A DNA stretch of 64,000 nt from an uncultured Bacillota bacterium (GTDB lineage: Bacteria > Bacillota > Clostridia > Christensenellales > UBA1242). Position numbers and translations under genes: made by a program. The stretch's first letter is position 1; each line of letters opens with the position of its first letter. A model generated the notes under the pieces. The model saw nothing but the letters and a program-made list of their open reading frames with translations, did no database searches and was not told where the DNA came from. The stretch is taken from the NCBI GenBank assembly GCA_900544595.1, contig UQVQ01000005.1:7440-71439 (forward strand), written 5' to 3'. This document shows, piece after piece, positions 44,718-57,700 of this stretch.

Positions 44718-47277
44718 CTTCGCTCTCGCCGTTTATTGGCACTTCTTGCTGTGCATATTCGATGTCTTCTGTTGAAAGAGTTGAAACATCTTCAACATTT
44801 TCCGTTCCCATTGGGCTTTCTTCGTCGTCGATATGTTCTGTTGTTGCAACGCTAACAATTTTTGCGCCTGGACGAAGTCTCATAACTTTAACACCAAGCG
44901 AACTTCTTCCAACCATTCTAACATCGGCTGCTGCCATTCTTATGATAACGCCGTTGTCGGAAATAAGCATTAAATCTTCTTCTTCGTTAACAACTTTAAG
45001 TGCAACAAGTTTTCCTGTTTTTTCGTTAAAGTTTCCGGCTTTAATTCCTTTTCCGCCGCGGGTTTGAAGACGATAGTCTTCTGGGTTAGTTCTCTTTCCA
45101 AATCCGTTTTCGGTTATTGTTATAAGTTGTGTGTCTGGGTTTAAGATTGCCATATCAACAATGTAGTCGTCGCTGTCGAGTTTCATTGAGCGAACACCTT
45201 GCGAAGTTCTTCCCATTGGACGAACATTCTTTTCGTTGAACTTAATGCATTTTCCTTTGTTTGAAGCAACCAAAATTTCGTTATCTCCGTTTGTTAAGCC
45301 AACGTTAATAAGTTTATCTCCTTCAACAAGCTTAATTGCAATTTTTCCGCTTTTCATGATGCTTGCAAATTCTTTAAGGTCTGTTTTCTTAATTAAGCCA
45401 TTTCTTGTTGCAATAATAAGGTTTCCTTCTTGTCCTTTTTCAAAGGAAAGAAGCGCTTCAACTTTTTCGTCTTGCATAAGTGGAAGAAGGTTGATAACTG
45501 CGCGGCCTTTTGCCTGACGTTGTGCCTCTGGAACCTCGTATGCACGAATTGAATAAACCTTTCCAAAGTTTGTGAAGAACAATAAGTCGCTGTGGGTGCT
45601 TGTTATTAAAATTCTCTCAACAAAATCTTCTTCTTTTGTTTTATGAGCTGAAATTCCAACTCCGCCGCGTTTTTGTGCGTGATATTCGCTAACGCTCATT
45701 CTCTTAACATATCCGCCGTGGGTTAAGGAAATAACAACATCTTCTTTTTCAATTAAATCTTCGTTGTCGATGTTTCCAACTTCCATGCTGATTTCTGTTT
45801 TTCTTGGAGTTCCAAATTGATTTTTAACATTTTCAAGATAGTCATTGATTATTTGAAGAACTCTTTGTGGTTTTGCCAAAATGTCATTTAAATCTGCAAT
45901 TAAAGCTTCAAGTTCATCAAGTTCTTCTTTAAGTTTTGCAACTTCAAGACTTGTTAATCTTGCGAGTTTCATTTCCAAAATTGCGTTTGCTTGTTTATCG
46001 GAAAGTTCAAAGTTTTCCATAAGTTTTGTAACTGCGTCCTGCTTGTCGGAAGATGTTTTAATAATTTGAACAACCTCGTCGATGTTTGCAAGGGCAATAA
46101 CAAGACCTTTAACAATGTGTTCCCTTTCAAGTGCTTTTCCAAGGTCAAATTGAGTTTTTCTTGTTAAAACTTCTTTTTGGTGTTCAAGATAGTAATATAA
46201 CATCTCTTTCAAGTTCAAAATTCTTGGAGTTCCGTCAACAAGGGCAAGGAAAATAATTCCGTCGCTAACTTGGAGTTGGGTGTGTTTGTAAAGCATGTTT
46301 AAAACAACTTGTGGATTTGCATCGCGTTTAAGGTCGATAACAATTCTCATTCCGTCACGGTCGGATTCTTCCTTAATGTCCGCAATTCCTTCAATCTTTT
46401 TGTTCTTAACAAGGTCTGCCATTTGGATTATAAGGCGCGCTTTGTTAACTTGATATGGAAGTTCAGTAACAATAATTCTGTGTCTTCCGCTTTCTGTTTC
46501 TTCAATTTCTGCTTTTCCGCGAACAACAATTCCGCCTTTTCCTGTTTTATAAGCGTGTTTAATTGCTGCCCGCCCCATAATAATTCCTCCGGTTGGGAAA
46601 TCTGGAGCAGGAATAATTCTAATAAGGTCGTCAATTTCAATGTCTGGGTTTGCAATTAACGCTTGAACGCCAGAAATAACTTCTGCAAGGTTGTGTGGAG
46701 GAATGTTTGTTGCCATTCCAACAGCAATTCCGTCTGCGCCGTTAACCAAAAGGTTAGGGAACTTCGAAGGCAAAACCGAAGGTTGCATAAGCGTGTCGTC
46801 GAAGTTTGGATAGAAATCAACGGTGTTTTTGTCGATGTCTTCAAGCATAAGCCCGGCAATTTTTGAAAGACGCGCTTCGGTGTAACGCATTGCAGCAGGA
46901 CTGTCGCCATCAACAGAACCAAAGTTTCCGTGGCCGTCAACAAGAGGGCAGCCAATTGAGAAATCTTGTGCTAAACGAACAAGAGCATCATAAACAGAAC
47001 TGTCGCCATGTGGGTGATATTTTCCCATAACTTCACCAACAATTCTGGCCGATTTTCTGTATGGCTTGTCGTTAAACAAGTTAAGTTCGCCCATTGAATA
47101 TAAAATTCTTCTGTGAACTGGCTTTAATCCGTCGCGAACATCTGGAATTGCACGCGAAACGTTAACAGCCATAGCATAAGAAATAAACGACTTTTTAAGT
47201 TCGTCGTTAACTTCAACTTTAACGACTTTTGTGTCTTTGAAAATCTCTTCAAGACCCTTTTTCTTTTCGTCTTTCAT
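44707..47277 (-). CDS. gyrA: DNA gyrase subunit A
   Basis: The active-site region is [10 protein letters not shown]. The QRDR-type region is [17 protein letters not shown]. The C-terminus has beta-pinwheel repeats and an acidic tail. Confidence 0.98.
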   Translation of the reverse strand: MKDEKKKGLEEIFKDTKVVKVEVNDELKKSFISYAMAVNVSRAIPDVRDGLKPVHRRILYSMGELNLFNDKPYRKSARIVGEVMGKYHPHGDSSVYDALVRLAQDFSIGCPLVDGHGNFGSVDGDSPAAMRYTEARLSKIAGLMLEDIDKNTVDFYPNFDDTLMQPSVLPSKFPNLLVNGADGIAVGMATNIPPHNLAEVISGVQALIANPDIEIDDLIRIIPAPDFPTGGIIMGRAAIKHAYKTGKGGIVVRGKAEIEETESGRHRIIVTELPYQVNKARLIIQMADLVKNKKIEGIADIKEESDRDGMRIVIDLKRDANPQVVLNMLYKHTQLQVSDGIIFLALVDGTPRILNLKEMLYYYLEHQKEVLTRKTQFDLGKALEREHIVKGLVIALANIDEVVQIIKTSSDKQDAVTKLMENFELSDKQANAILEMKLARLTSLEVAKLKEELDELEALIADLNDILAKPQRVLQIINDYLENVKNQFGTPRKTEISMEVGNIDNEDLIEKEDVVISLTHGGYVKRMSVSEYHAQKRGGVGISAHKTKEEDFVERILITSTHSDLLFFTNFGKVYSIRAYEVPEAQRQAKGRAVINLLPLMQDEKVEALLSFEKGQEGNLIIATRNGLIKKTDLKEFASIMKSGKIAIKLVEGDKLINVGLTNGDNEILVASNKGKCIKFNEKNVRPMGRTSQGVRSMKLDSDDYIVDMAILNPDTQLITITENGFGKRTNPEDYRLQTRGGKGIKAGNFNEKTGKLVALKVVNEEEDLMLISDNGVIIRMAAADVRMVGRSSLGVKVMRLRPGAKIVSVATTEHIDDEESPMGTENVEDVSTLSTEDIEYAQQEVPINGESEDEQ

Positions 47278-47855
47278 TCTTTCACCTCATTTTTATTATT
47301 TTGTGTCGTTTGATTAGTGTGTTTTGGATTGATTATTGAATACATCTCGGCGTCGCGAATTCTGCCATGTCCGTCTTGCCCGAAACATCTTAATGTTCCT
47401 TCGTGGGTCATGCCAATTTTTTGCATAGCGCGGCCGCTTTTTTCGTTTCCAACAAAGTGTTTTGCTTGAATTCGAACGGCTCCCGAATCGAAAACTAATT
47501 GAAGAGTTGCTTTTGCTGCTTCTGGCATAATTCCTCTTCCCCAATATTCATCGCTAAGAACCCAGCCAATTTCATAGATGAAATCGCGGCGTTTCATATA
47601 GTCGATAACACCAATAACTTCGTTTGTTTCTTTCCAAACAATTCCAAAGCGGAAATCTGCAAGCCCCGCGGCATAATCTTCTAAAACTGTTTGAAGATAT
47701 TGCTTTGTTGCTTCAAGATTTGGGTGAGTTTGCCAAATTAAGTTTTCTGTAACCTTGTCTTTTGAACAATAGTTTTTATACATATCTTCGGCGTCGCCTT
47801 CTTGAAGATGTCTTAAAATCAATCTTTCAGTTTCAATAACAAATTTATTTTCCAT
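47274..47855 (-). CDS. GNAT N-acetyltransferase (RimJ/RimL-like) inserted between gyrB and gyrA
   Basis: The Acetyltransf_3-type pattern is ERLILRHL...IGWVLSDEYWGRGIMPEAAKATLQLVF...NEKSGRAMQKIGMTHEG. The start is 12 nt after the gyrB stop (RBS GGAGAAA). An ATGA overlap with the gyrA start is present. Confidence 0.85.
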   Translation of the reverse strand: MENKFVIETERLILRHLQEGDAEDMYKNYCSKDKVTENLIWQTHPNLEATKQYLQTVLEDYAAGLADFRFGIVWKETNEVIGVIDYMKRRDFIYEIGWVLSDEYWGRGIMPEAAKATLQLVFDSGAVRIQAKHFVGNEKSGRAMQKIGMTHEGTLRCFGQDGHGRIRDAEMYSIINPKHTNQTTQNNKNEVKE

Positions 47856-47867
47856 TGCTTTCTCCGT

Positions 47868-49805
<1,938 letters not shown>

Positions 49806-49822
49806 TTATATAAAGTAATAAG

Positions 49823-49851
49823 ATTATAACATAATATATATAAATAAACAA
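49823..49851 (-). promoter_or_regulatory. SigmaA-type promoter of the gyrB-GNAT-gyrA operon
   Basis: On the minus strand: TTGTTT (49846-49851), a 17-nt spacer, then TATAAT (49823-49828), about 30 nt upstream of the gyrB ATG. Confidence 0.55.
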
Positions 49852-49976
49852 ACATTTTTTAAAACTTTTTAAACTTTAATTTAAAGCACACAAATAAAGC
49901 CCTGTATTTTGCGCTAGGAAGCGAAAGATTGATTTTGATGAAGAATTTTATCTTGCCAAATCCCGCATCGAAAAGA

Positions 49977-50012
49977 AATAAAAAACAAGCGAAAATCGCT
50001 TGCTTGTTGTTT
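49977..50012 (-). terminator. Terminator after the 169-aa membrane-protein gene, insulating it from gyrB
   Basis: A hairpin forms around AAGCGA (49987-49992) and TCGCTT (49996-50001), or alternatively ACAAGC/GCTTGT. An A-run on the + strand gives a U-run on the minus transcript. Confidence 0.5.
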
Positions 50013-50024
50013 TTTCTTAAAAAC

Positions 50025-50534
50025 TTACATCTCCTGTTGTGTTTCTTTTTTCTCTTGTTTGTTTTGCTTTTGCGCTTGAACATTTTGTTGTGTTGATTGA
50101 GCGTTTTGTTGTTCTTTATTTTCTTTTTTAGGAATTGGCATAAGCCCTTCATTTTGACATTTCAAATCGAAAAGTTCTTGTTGAAGAACAGAAATTTTTT
50201 CGGTTGCAGTAATATAATCGTTTATTTCTTTTTCCTTATCCGCTTTGCCAACAAGGTCGCCCGCGTCTTTAAAATCGTCCTTAAAAGAATTTGAAATAAC
50301 TTTTGAAATTGTGTAGTTAAAAATTAAAAGAGCTGGGAAAAGAACTCCAAGAACTGGAACAAAAGCAAATGCAAAAGACAAAAGCATAAGTGGAAGATAG
50401 GTGAAACGAATTGCATTTTCTGTTATTTCAAAAAGTTTCCCCGTTGTTGAGTAGGTGTTTTTAAGATCTGTTGCTTCAACATCTTTATAAAACTTCTTTT
50501 TTGCCTTTGCTTGGTCAACTGGTTTTCTTGCCAT
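50025..50534 (-). CDS. Hypothetical membrane protein (169 aa): a TM hairpin plus a Q/K/E-rich tail
   Basis: The start was moved to 50534 (AAGGAGGG RBS). The TM hairpin is YLPLMLLSFAFAFVPVLGVLFPALLIF. Confidence 0.6.
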   Translation of the reverse strand: MARKPVDQAKAKKKFYKDVEATDLKNTYSTTGKLFEITENAIRFTYLPLMLLSFAFAFVPVLGVLFPALLIFNYTISKVISNSFKDDFKDAGDLVGKADKEKEINDYITATEKISVLQQELFDLKCQNEGLMPIPKKENKEQQNAQSTQQNVQAQKQNKQEKKETQQEM

Positions 50535-50556
50535 ATTTCCCTCCTTTGTTACTATA

Positions 50557-50585
50557 ATTATAAATCTTAAAACGCTACTTGTCAA
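50557..50585 (-). promoter_or_regulatory. Consensus sigmaA promoter of the 169-aa membrane-protein gene
   Basis: On the minus strand: TTGACA (50580-50585), an exact 17-nt spacer, then TATAAT (50557-50562). Confidence 0.65.
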
Positions 50586-50690
50586 GACATAAAAACAAGC
50601 AATTTCAAACCACTTTTTCTTAAAAAAACAAGCAAAAAAATAAATTTTAAATCATAAAAAATAAATTAAATTAAAAAATAAAAATAAATT

Positions 50691-50775
50691 CGAAAAAAAA
50701 TAATAAAAAATTCAAAAAAATAATAAAAAATTCAAAAAAAAATAGTAAAAAAATCGAAAAAAATGATTAAAAAAT
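50691..50775. repeat. Four degenerate tandem ~21-bp units, each with two A-tracts (helically phased A-tract array)
   Basis: The units are CGAAAAAAAATAATAAAAAATT, CAAAAAAATAATAAAAAATT, CAAAAAAAAATAGTAAAAAAAT and CGAAAAAAATGATTAAAAAAT. The A-tracts recur every 10-11 bp for about 85 bp. Confidence 0.8.
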
Positions 50776-51497
50776 CATTTTTTTGTAATTATTTTATCAA
50801 ATAAATTATATCTTTCAGGATTTATTATTGCATTTAAAATTTGCTTTTTAACATCAGGCATTTTTCGCTCCAAATCCGCCAAAAACAACTTAATTTCTTC
50901 GCGTTTTGTGTGGTGGTTAGCAGGGCAAATATTTTTAATTATTGGGTAGGTTTTCGACACCTCAATAATTGCTTTTTCGTCAACAAAAATAAGAGGACGA
51001 ATTGAGGTTATATCCGTGTTTGAAAGATAGGTTTTTGGCATGAAAGTGTTAAGCCTTCCCTCATAGAAAAGGGAAAGAAAAAAGGTTTCAATAAAATCGT
51101 CGCTGTGGTGCGCCAAAGCAACCTTATTACACCCCAACTTTTTTGCTGCACTGTTAAGGTTTCCACGACGCAGTTTTGCGCATAAACTACAAGGGTTGCT
51201 CTCTTTTCTTATGTTAAAAACAACATCAAAAATATCGGTTTTAATAATGTGGAGTTTAACGCCAAGATCTTTGCAAAAATTCTCAAGTGGAGCAAAATTT
51301 GTTTCTCCATTTGTTTGATCAATTGAGATGGCAATAAGTTCAAATTTTTTTGACGAAAACTTTTGAAATCTTGCAAGTGCGCTAAGCAAAACAAGGCTGT
51401 CCTTTCCGCCGCTAACGCCAACGGCAACTTTGTCGCCTTCCCCAATCAAATCGTATGTTTCAATTGCTTTTCTCATTTTGCTTAATATGTGCTGCAT
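50775..51497 (-). CDS. ttcA: PP-loop ATPase, TtcA-like tRNA 2-thiocytidine biosynthesis family
   Basis: The PP-loop is VGVSGGKDSLVL. A CSLCAKLRRG motif and a later C..NH motif are present. The length is about 240 aa. Confidence 0.7.
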   Translation of the reverse strand: MQHILSKMRKAIETYDLIGEGDKVAVGVSGGKDSLVLLSALARFQKFSSKKFELIAISIDQTNGETNFAPLENFCKDLGVKLHIIKTDIFDVVFNIRKESNPCSLCAKLRRGNLNSAAKKLGCNKVALAHHSDDFIETFFLSLFYEGRLNTFMPKTYLSNTDITSIRPLIFVDEKAIIEVSKTYPIIKNICPANHHTKREEIKLFLADLERKMPDVKKQILNAIINPERYNLFDKIITKK

Positions 51498-51712
51498 AAA
51501 AACCTCAAAAAATATTTTAACAAAATAATTTTTAAATTCAAAATAATTAAAACAAATCTGCTTTATTTTATTTTTTTATTTATAAAAATATAAAAATTCA
51601 TAAAAAAGCATAAAATCGCTTTGAATTCGACACAAAATGCATTATTATATATAATTATTAAAGGGAAACTAATAAAAATTTATTTTTTAGGAATAGTAAC
51701 ACGGAGGAAACA

Positions 51713-54700
51713 ATGAGAAAATTTTTGGGGATTGTGTGCAGTTTAGTTTTAATTCTTGTTGCGGGGGTAACTTTTGCGGCCTGTGGGAAGCAAGATGCAA
51801 AAGTTTCAATTTCGGCAAGCGAATTGGAAGTTGAACTTGTTATTGGAACAGAAAAACAATCAAAAGATGTTGAATTCTTGGTTGAAAACTTTGGCAACGG
51901 AAGTGGTCAGGTTAATTTCAGCGTTGAAGAAAACGAAAAGAACATTGTTTCTCTTGAATCAAGTTATCTTAACAACGGAAAAACAAAACTAACAGTTACG
52001 GGTCTTAAACGAGGAACGGCTCGAATTGTTGCAACAAGTTTGCAGGGCTCGACAAAAGTTGTTTTAACCGTTAAAGTTGTTCAGCCAATAACTGGGCTCA
52101 AACTCAAAAATGAATATGTTAACAAACTTTACGCAATAACTGGCGAAAGCCTTAATCTTGCGCAAGAAGAAATTTGGAATTTCATGCCTTCGGAAACAAA
52201 TCAACGCGATTTGGTTTTTTCAATTATTGGGAATTCGCAAGGTTGCGAAATTCAAGACGGAAAACTTGTTGTTGCAAACAACTGCGCTCTTTCAAGCGTA
52301 ACAATTAGAGCAACTTCTGCTTTTAATTCGGAAATTTCAGCTGAATTTGAAGTTAAAATTTTAAATCCAATTGAAGTTGTTATGCAAATTGACGGGAAAA
52401 GAGTTGTTGAAAAAGTTGAAAACTCTTCACAAATCTTAAATTTTATTGAAATTTTCCCTCGCGAGCTTGACGGATCAATATATCCTAACAGCAAGGAAGT
52501 TGTTTTGGCTGTTAAAGCGGGAAGTGAAGCGGAAACTTTAAACATTGACAAAGTTTTCTTTTCAACCGAAGAAAAGTTTAGCGTCCAACAAACAGCCTAT
52601 TCCTACGATGCAGCCTCAAAAATTCACATTTATAAATTCTTAATTCAAGCAAACTCAAATGACGCAGGAAAAATTGACGCTGTTTCGTTTAAAGTTTCAT
52701 ATGAAGGATTTAAAGCGGGGCAGGACGACTATTCAGTTAGCTCGGTTAAACTTAACCTAAGCTCCTATAACAAACCTATTTCGGTTGAAGTTAACGGAGA
52801 ATCTGGAACAACCGAAATTGATGTTTTTGAAAACTCAATTAACTTTTCAAACGGGAAATTGATTGAAATTTCTCTTCTTCCAGGCAATATTAAGCCATCT
52901 GAAAACACAATAACAATTTGGGCAGAAGATTTTTCAAACCTTCCAATTTCTCTTTACAAGCTTAATGCAACCCGAACAGGCTATGTTTGCGTTTTTGGTT
53001 TCGACCAAAAGGGGAATGCAGTTGGAGCGGTTCAAAATGGAATTCGTTATGCAACAATTTCTTCGGGAACAAAACTTTATGCGTTCATAAATTCCAACTA
53101 TAATTCGCTTGTTGGAACGAATAAAGCAGCAAAAATGTATGCGCAAGCAACAGATTTTTGTAAATTCACAGTTGATTCAACGTCAAGAGCGTTAACAACA
53201 ATGAACTTTGTTATAAATCCAAACGCAAAGAGTATTTCGCTTGCAGAAATGAACGACGAAAATATCTTAACAAGAGTTGAATCCACAACAATTTTTGTTG
53301 AAATTGGGAAAAAAGTTACAAAATACATCGCAATTGACCCAAATACCTTCACAATTGGCTCAAATTCTGTTATCAAAATTGCAAATTCAAAAATTGCAAC
53401 AATTGGACAACTTGTTGAATTTGCAAGCGACGAAAACTATACATATGGAAAATTTGAAATTGAAGCAACAAGAGTTGGCTCCTCAACTTTAACCGTTGTT
53501 CTTTCAGACGGGAAAACAAAAGAATTTAAAATTGTTGTTGTAAGCCCTCTTGAAAAACTTGATATGAACCTAGAGGATATAACTTTTGGAGGAACTGTTA
53601 TTGAAAGCGACATTGTTCCATACAAAAACATAACCGACACTGAAGTTGTTGTTGGCGAAAACAATGCGTTTGTTGCTCTTAACAAACTTTCAATTGCAAA
53701 CTCGGGCGGAAGCGGAATTCAACTTATCAAAACGCCAACTCCTTCAACCGCTCAATACTATTTAAGCTATAAATTTGCGGATTTCACAATGCCAGAAGGT
53801 GAAACTCTTCAAACATTAACTTTAAGCAAGGTTAAAGACAGCCTTGGCGAAGAAAACTTTGAAAACGTTTGGAACGATTCAAGCGACATAATTAACACAT
53901 CTCGCCTTAGCAACCTTTCAATTATTGAAGCAAAAAATTCTGGTGCAGAGGGGAATGTTCTTGTTAAAGTTGCTGTTTATGCAATGAATTCAAATGGGGA
54001 ATATGGCGACGAACCAGTTGGCTATTTCTACTATTTAATTAACTTCTTCGTTCCTGTTAAAGGGCTTTCCTTAAACAACGGAACTCTTGAACTTTACACA
54101 TATAACACAATTGGTGATAAATTTGTTGATAAAAACGGAATTAACAAATCAATTGGAAGTTTTTCCGTTACAGTTAACCCTGTTAACCAAGGTTTAACCC
54201 CAACATATTTAAACAGCTTGGAAGTTTATGTTAACGGAAGAACAAGATTAACAAACGACCTTTTTGAACAAAACGAAAATGTTATTCTTCTTTCAAAAGG
54301 CGGAACAATTGTTTCAAGCCTTGAAAACACGGCTTTAAAAATTGTTAGAACAAAAGTTAACAACACTTTCACCTTCCAAATTCAAGCATTTAGCGGGGAA
54401 GGAACTTACATTTTTGCGCTTGTTCTTTCCGAAATTAACGAAGCAAAACGCTTCACAGCAATTTCAAGAGTTGTTGTTTCCGAAGCGGTTGAAATTTCGG
54501 ACATAGATGTTGTTAATGCAAGCGAAAAAGACCCAATTCAATTTAACAATATCATTAAAACAAGCGAAAGCGGGGAACAAGACGAAATGGAAGCAGTTAA
54601 CAACCCATTCGAGCTTGAACTTATATATAACATTTATGGACCATCGGGCAAAGAAATAACAAATTCTTCGCTTGAATTTGAACTTTCATGGAAAACTTTG

Positions 54701-57700
54701 GCTGCCGGCGAAAGTTTCGTTGATGAAAATGGGAACCGAGTTAACTTTGCATCAATTTCAAACGGTAAAATAAAAATTCTTCGCGCGGCTTACGACTACA
54801 GCGATTTCTATAACCTTTCGGAAGAAGAAAGAGAGGGGAAAGATAAGGAAGAATATAAAAAGTTTGTTGTTTTTGGCGGAGAAGGGTCTTTAAGAATCTA
54901 TCCAACTTCAAACTATTTCCTTTCAACAAGCGGCTGGAACGGAGAAAGCCCAATTGTTGAAATCCCAATCTTTGTTTCGGACGGAACAAACATTGCTTTC
55001 TATATAACAAAAGCGGACGACCTTAACCTTCTTGGACAATATCCAAATTCAAGTTTTGAACTTAGAACGAACATTGCTGGAGAACCACAAAATTATATTC
55101 CTGTTGAAAAATTTTCTGGGAAATTGTTCGGCGCAAATGGAAGTTCATACTACATTTTAACAGCAAAACCTCTTTTCAAACAATTAACATCTGAGGCGGT
55201 TGTTGAAAACTTCTACTATGCTAACGTAACATCAGGTTTTAGTTCTGAGGATTGCTTATCTATTAAGGAAATGCTTGAACTTCGCTCAACAGTTGATGGA
55301 ACAACCTATTATGGCGGACTTGCAAACATAAACGAAGGAACAATCCGAAACATTAGCGGGGCGCTTTCAATTGCAACTGAGGATGATCCATTAGTAATAG
55401 GGCTTGCAGCAGCAACCACAACAATTGCGAATAAAGCCACAGATCTACTTGATATGTCATTGTCGGTTCTTACGGTAAACAAAAATAATGCAATTAACCA
55501 AAAAGGGCTTTTCGACAGCGCTTCGCAATTTATTGCTGGCGAACTTGTTAAATACACTGGCGGTCTTGTTGGGCTTAATAAAGGTGTTATTGAAGGGAAA
55601 GACGGGCTTTACTACACAGGATCTGTTATGGGCGCAAATGCTGGCGGAATTGCTGGTGTTAACGATGGAATAATTAGAAACTATGAATTCTATGGCTGCG
55701 TTTATGGAGCAGAAACAGCTGGCGGAATTGTTGCTCTTAACAGCGGAAATATAACAAACTGCAATGTTTTAACATTGTCGCTATTCAATATTGCAGTTTA
55801 CACCCTTAACAAAAAAGCATATGACTATTCAAAAACAACAATTGATTTTGCAGTTGGCGGAATTGCCGCAATAAGCAATGGCGGAACAATTTTCCGATCA
55901 AAAGTTGAAGCATCTTCAAATTCCGATTTCAACCTAGGCGGCTTTGGAGGAATTATTGATGTAGAAAAGGTTGACAAAGAAATTTATCGAACAATTAATG
56001 GAAAGGCAATTGGAAAAGGAAATGTTACTGCAACATATTACTTAGACCAAAACACATTCAAATTTAATGATATTGAATATGCAATTGACGATTTATCAAA
56101 TCCAACAAAATTAACATACACATTAAATAACGAAAATAAAGAAATTGCAATTGTTGAAAACAGATTTACAATTGGCAACGCAAGTTTCCAAATTTCTGGA
56201 ACAGATATCTATGCAAGCGCCGATTTTGCAACAAAAACAATTTATGGCGGCGGACTTGTTGGAATTTTAGGAAAAGATGCATCGCTTAAAGAATGTATCT
56301 TCAACGGCTCAATTTCTGTTAACAACATTGTTTCGGGCGGTTTTGTTGGAAAACTTCCTGCAAACAAAGGAAACGCAAACTCACGAGTTCAAGATTGCTA
56401 TGCGATTGCTCGCTATGAGGAAACAAGCGAAAATAATTCAACAATTAACGGTCAATTCATTGGAATTGGCGAACTTTCCGAAATTAAAAATTCCTATGTT
56501 GTTTCAAACGGAACATTTGGCTATGCAGGTCAGGGAACGGGAACTCTTGTTTCTTCCTATTTAAAAAGACAAAATGTTGACTACACTCCATTATTAAACA
56601 TCAACGATGTTTTCAACAAAAATTCATCGTTTGGAAGCGGTTCAAGCAGTTACGACACAATTGATTTAAAATATGGCTTAACTCTTGGCTCATTTGTTAA
56701 TATGAGTTGGTATAACTTATATCAAACAGGATATTTATCCTATGCAACTGCAATTAACGGCACTGATGTTACCTTAACTGTTACCGTTAAAATGGGCGTT
56801 GGCGAAGAGGGAACTGCCGAATTTGAAAAGAATTTCACGTTCAATCTTAAAACTAACACAAGCCAAGGTAACATTACTTCCGAAACTTTCACTTTCCGTG
56901 GAATCAATTACAACATAGTAATTGAAGATGACAGTTCCTATTGCAATCTTATAGTTAGAGCAAATAACACAGAAATTATGAACATTCAAGAGGGAACAAC
57001 AAGTTCAGGAAAGGTTCAAGTTTCCAAAACAGAGGCAAAAATCGTTGAAAATCTTGTTTTTAGATCAAACGAAATCATCGACAAACTTAAAGATGCAACA
57101 AACACTGCATATTTCAGATTTGTTTTTGAAGAAACTCTGGAGCAGGAAGGTCAAGTTTACACAATAACTCCATCGGTTTCTGTTTTAGATATTTTATATG
57201 CAAAATACTACTACATTTGGGTTTATAACAACTTTGATGCGCTTTACGCAAACAAAGACTTTATTAGCGCAATTGGCGGAGAAGGTGGAATAACTTTTGA
57301 AAAATTCGTGGGAAACATCTTTGGAATTTCCGAAACATTAACTGTTTCAGAACTTAAAGAAAGAATTAAAACAATTGTTGAAGGAACAATTCTTCCTCAA
57401 TTCGTTTCGGGCTTTGAAACTCTTAAAGAAGATGTTGCAAACTATAGAACAAAGTTTGGAACAGCAAAAACAGCATTTGTTAAATTTATTAGAGATTACT
57501 ATCCAGAAAAACTTACTGATGTTGAAAACGAGTTCAGCCTTGCAGAAACTTTACTTGAACAAGGCAGCGCAATGCTTAACATTGAAAGCGCAACTCTTGA
57601 AAATGTATCAACAATTAAATCATGTTTGGATCTCATTCTTTCTTCGATAAGTAAAACAGTTAATGCATTCTTTGAAAATGTTCCAGAAAACGGCGAACAT

